The translations under genes were made by a program, and so were the position numbers. A stretch of 37,165 nucleotides of DNA from Methanomicrobiaceae archaeon (lineage in GTDB: Archaea; Halobacteriota; Methanomicrobia; Methanomicrobiales; Methanomicrobiaceae): the NCBI GenBank assembly GCA_032250645.1, contig JAVVFN010000001.1, positions 1 through 37,165 on the forward strand, read 5' to 3'. This document shows, piece by piece, positions 35,527 to 37,165 of this stretch. The notes below the pieces were generated by a model that made no database searches, was not told where the DNA came from, and worked only from the letters and a program-made list of their open reading frames with translations. Within the stretch, counting starts at the first letter, position 1. The number at the start of each line of letters is the position of its first letter.

Positions 35527-35539
35527 TTTTTACATTTTT
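35527..35539 (+). terminator. Oligo-T terminator after frhB
   Basis: TAA followed by TTTTT-ACA-TTTTT. Confidence 0.45.
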
Positions 35540-35583
35540 GCACTGTATCGTGCTATTTTAATCGATTTACTCTCCTGACTTAA

Positions 35584-35593
35584 CTATAAATAT
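35584..35593 (+). promoter_or_regulatory. TATA box CTATAAATAT about 27 nt upstream of ATG 35616 (leaderless-type spacing)
   Basis: Read from the sequence. A similar TATAAATAT core occurs in the palindrome upstream of the paralog at 8595. Confidence 0.4.
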
Positions 35594-35615
35594 CTTTTCT
35601 CACATTGATTCTCAT

Positions 35616-37165
35616 ATGGGTGCGTCGGACAGCGGGGACGAGGAGATCACCTCGAGAATTCTCACTTACCTCAAGTTCAAGCGTCAGGGAATGACCACCT
35701 CCGAACTGGCGAGAAAGCTCAAAATTAACCGGAATTCGGTGGCAAAGTACCTCCAGTTGCTTCTCATCTCCGGGCAGGTGGAGATGCAGGTGGTCGGCAA
35801 TGCAAAGGTCTACTCCATTTCCCGGAGGCTCCCCATCTCCACGGTTCTCAGCTTCTCTTCCGACCTGGTGGCAGTCCTTGACTCGGATGCGAGGCTCACC
35901 CAGATCAACGAGGCCTTTCTTGAACATTGCGGGATGAAGAAGGAGGATCTTGTGGGAAAGAGTGTGGAGGACGCAGGAATCCGGTTCCTCGACTCCGCGG
36001 AGATCAGGACATGCATCAAGGAAGGGCTCTCCGGAGAGAAGCGGCAGCTCGAGATCTCTGTCATGGAAGGGGCAGAGAACATCTATGAGGCAAAATTCAT
36101 CCCCACGGTCCTTGAATCGGGGGGTACGGGACTTACCCTATTTCTTGAAGATATCACCATGGAACGTCGTGCAGAGCAGGCGCTCCGCCGGAGCGAGGAG
36201 CGGTTCCGGAACATGGCGGATCTTGCACCATTCCCAATCTCGCTGGTGGATATGGATGGGCGGTACCGCTACCTGAACGAGAAGTTCGTGGAGACGTTCG
36301 GCTACACCCTCGAGGACATCCCTACCGGCAGGGAGTGGTTCGCCCGGGCATTTCCGGACCCGGATCTCCGGCATGAGGTGATAGAATCCTGGAAGGCAGA
36401 TCTGAAAGCCTCTTCTGTCGGAGCAGTCCGCCCAAAGCTCCTCCCGGTGACCTGTAAGGACGGAACAGAGAGGGAGATCCTCTTCCGCCCGGTGACGCTG
36501 AACAACGGCAACCAGTTCATCATCTACGAGGATCTCACCGAACAACGGGCAGACACGAGAAACCAGGCCCTGCTCGCCGCCCTGGTGGAGTTTTCCGACG
36601 ATGCCATCATCGGGAGAGATGATCATGGAACGATCATCAGCTGGAATGAGGGGGCTTTTCGGATATACGGGTATGACGCGGAGGAGATTTTGGGAGATGC
36701 GTTCGACCGGCTCGTACCCGAACACAGGAGAGAGGAGCAGGCAGCCATCGATGCAATGATTGCACGGGGAGAGTCAGTCGCCCACTTTGAGTGCCAGCAC
36801 CTCACGAAAGAGAAGGAGCTGATTGACGTCTCGCTCTCGCTCGCCCCCCTTATTGATGAGGGGAACAGGATCTTCGGGGCATCGGTCATCAGCCGTGATA
36901 TCTCCGCAAAGAAGCGGACGGAGACTGCGATTGCAGAGTCTGAAAAGATGTACCGGACCCTCTTTGAGTCGACGGGAACGGGCATGCTGATCATCGAGGA
37001 AGACAGCACGGTTTCGCTCATGAACGTAAGGATGGAGCAGCTAACGGGATTTTCGCGCCAGGGTATTGAGGGAAAGAGAAAATGGTATGAGTTTGTGAGC
37101 GATGAGGACAGAAAACGCATGCTGGAATACCACCGAATACGAGTTCAGGATCCCTTAAGTGCACC
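35616..37165 (+). CDS. Winged-HTH plus multi-PAS sensor protein, 3' end outside window (not in the supplied ORF track)
   Basis: My own translation is open from ATG 35616 to the window end (about 516 codons): MGASDSGDEEITSRILTYLKFKRQGMTTSELARKLKINRNSVAKYLQLLLISGQVEMQVVGNAKVYSISRRLPISTVLSFSSDLVAVLDSD... Repeated PAS modules follow (ERFRNMADLAPFPISLVDMDGRYRYLN; LLAALVEFSDDAIIGRDDHGTIISWN; KMYRTLFESTGTGMLIIEED). All listed ORFs in this span are short and out of frame or antisense. Confidence 0.85.
   Translation, partial: MGASDSGDEEITSRILTYLKFKRQGMTTSELARKLKINRNSVAKYLQLLLISGQVEMQVVGNAKVYSISRRLPISTVLSFSSDLVAVLDSDARLTQINEAFLEHCGMKKEDLVGKSVEDAGIRFLDSAEIRTCIKEGLSGEKRQLEISVMEGAENIYEAKFIPTVLESGGTGLTLFLEDITMERRAEQALRRSEERFRNMADLAPFPISLVDMDGRYRYLNEKFVETFGYTLEDIPTGREWFARAFPDPDLRHEVIESWKADLKASSVGAVRPKLLPVTCKDGTEREILFRPVTLNNGNQFIIYEDLTEQRADTRNQALLAALVEFSDDAIIGRDDHGTIISWNEGAFRIYGYDAEEILGDAFDRLVPEHRREEQAAIDAMIARGESVAHFECQHLTKEKELIDVSLSLAPLIDEGNRIFGASVISRDISAKKRTETAIAESEKMYRTLFESTGTGMLIIEEDSTVSLMNVRMEQLTGFSRQGIEGKRKWYEFVSDEDRKRMLEYHRIRVQDPLSA

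Overview
GC-rich archaeal chromosome segment that looks like a hydrogenotrophic methanogen, probably Methanomicrobiales-like. The organism call rests on gene content only: frhADGB F420-reducing hydrogenase, GTP cyclohydrolase MptA, an MfnE-like kinase, aIF2-beta, aEF-1-beta, RpoL, Tsr3, archaeal-type SRP RNA and tRNAs. The window is densely packed, mostly housekeeping genes, with many 4-nt start/stop overlaps and convergent 3' overlaps. I support about 36 protein genes, one multiply frameshifted pseudogene, two tRNAs (Met-CAU, Asn-GUU) and one SRP (7S) RNA. No CRISPR array, transposase, integrase or recognisable defence island was seen. Several things are invisible or misleading in the ORF track: (1) a 308-nt SRP RNA hidden under spurious ORFs at 18335-18642; (2) a long + strand ORF from 35616 that runs off the window end and is not listed, a wHTH-PAS paralog of 8595-10307; (3) a 52-aa four-Cys-pair zinc-ribbon microprotein upstream of a TTG-initiated aEF-1-beta; (4) several listed ORFs whose N-termini are artefactual extensions over tRNA, SRP RNA or neighbouring genes. 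The most unusual coding items are listed here. (a) A TudS/DUF523-like Cys domain fused to a nucleoside 2-deoxyribosyltransferase-like domain. (b) An ACT-ACT-metallo-beta-lactamase protein divergent from a DASS transporter. (c) A possible amphipathic-helix plus K/P/E-rich N-terminal extension of FrhG that would be dual-coded with the FrhD tail. (d) A DMT transporter with a very His-rich tail, flanked by two tRNA genes. (e) An AAA+/PhnP-like MBL pair. (f) Perfect palindromes placed at promoters of small wHTH regulators. All functional calls come from motif reading by eye; no searches were run.
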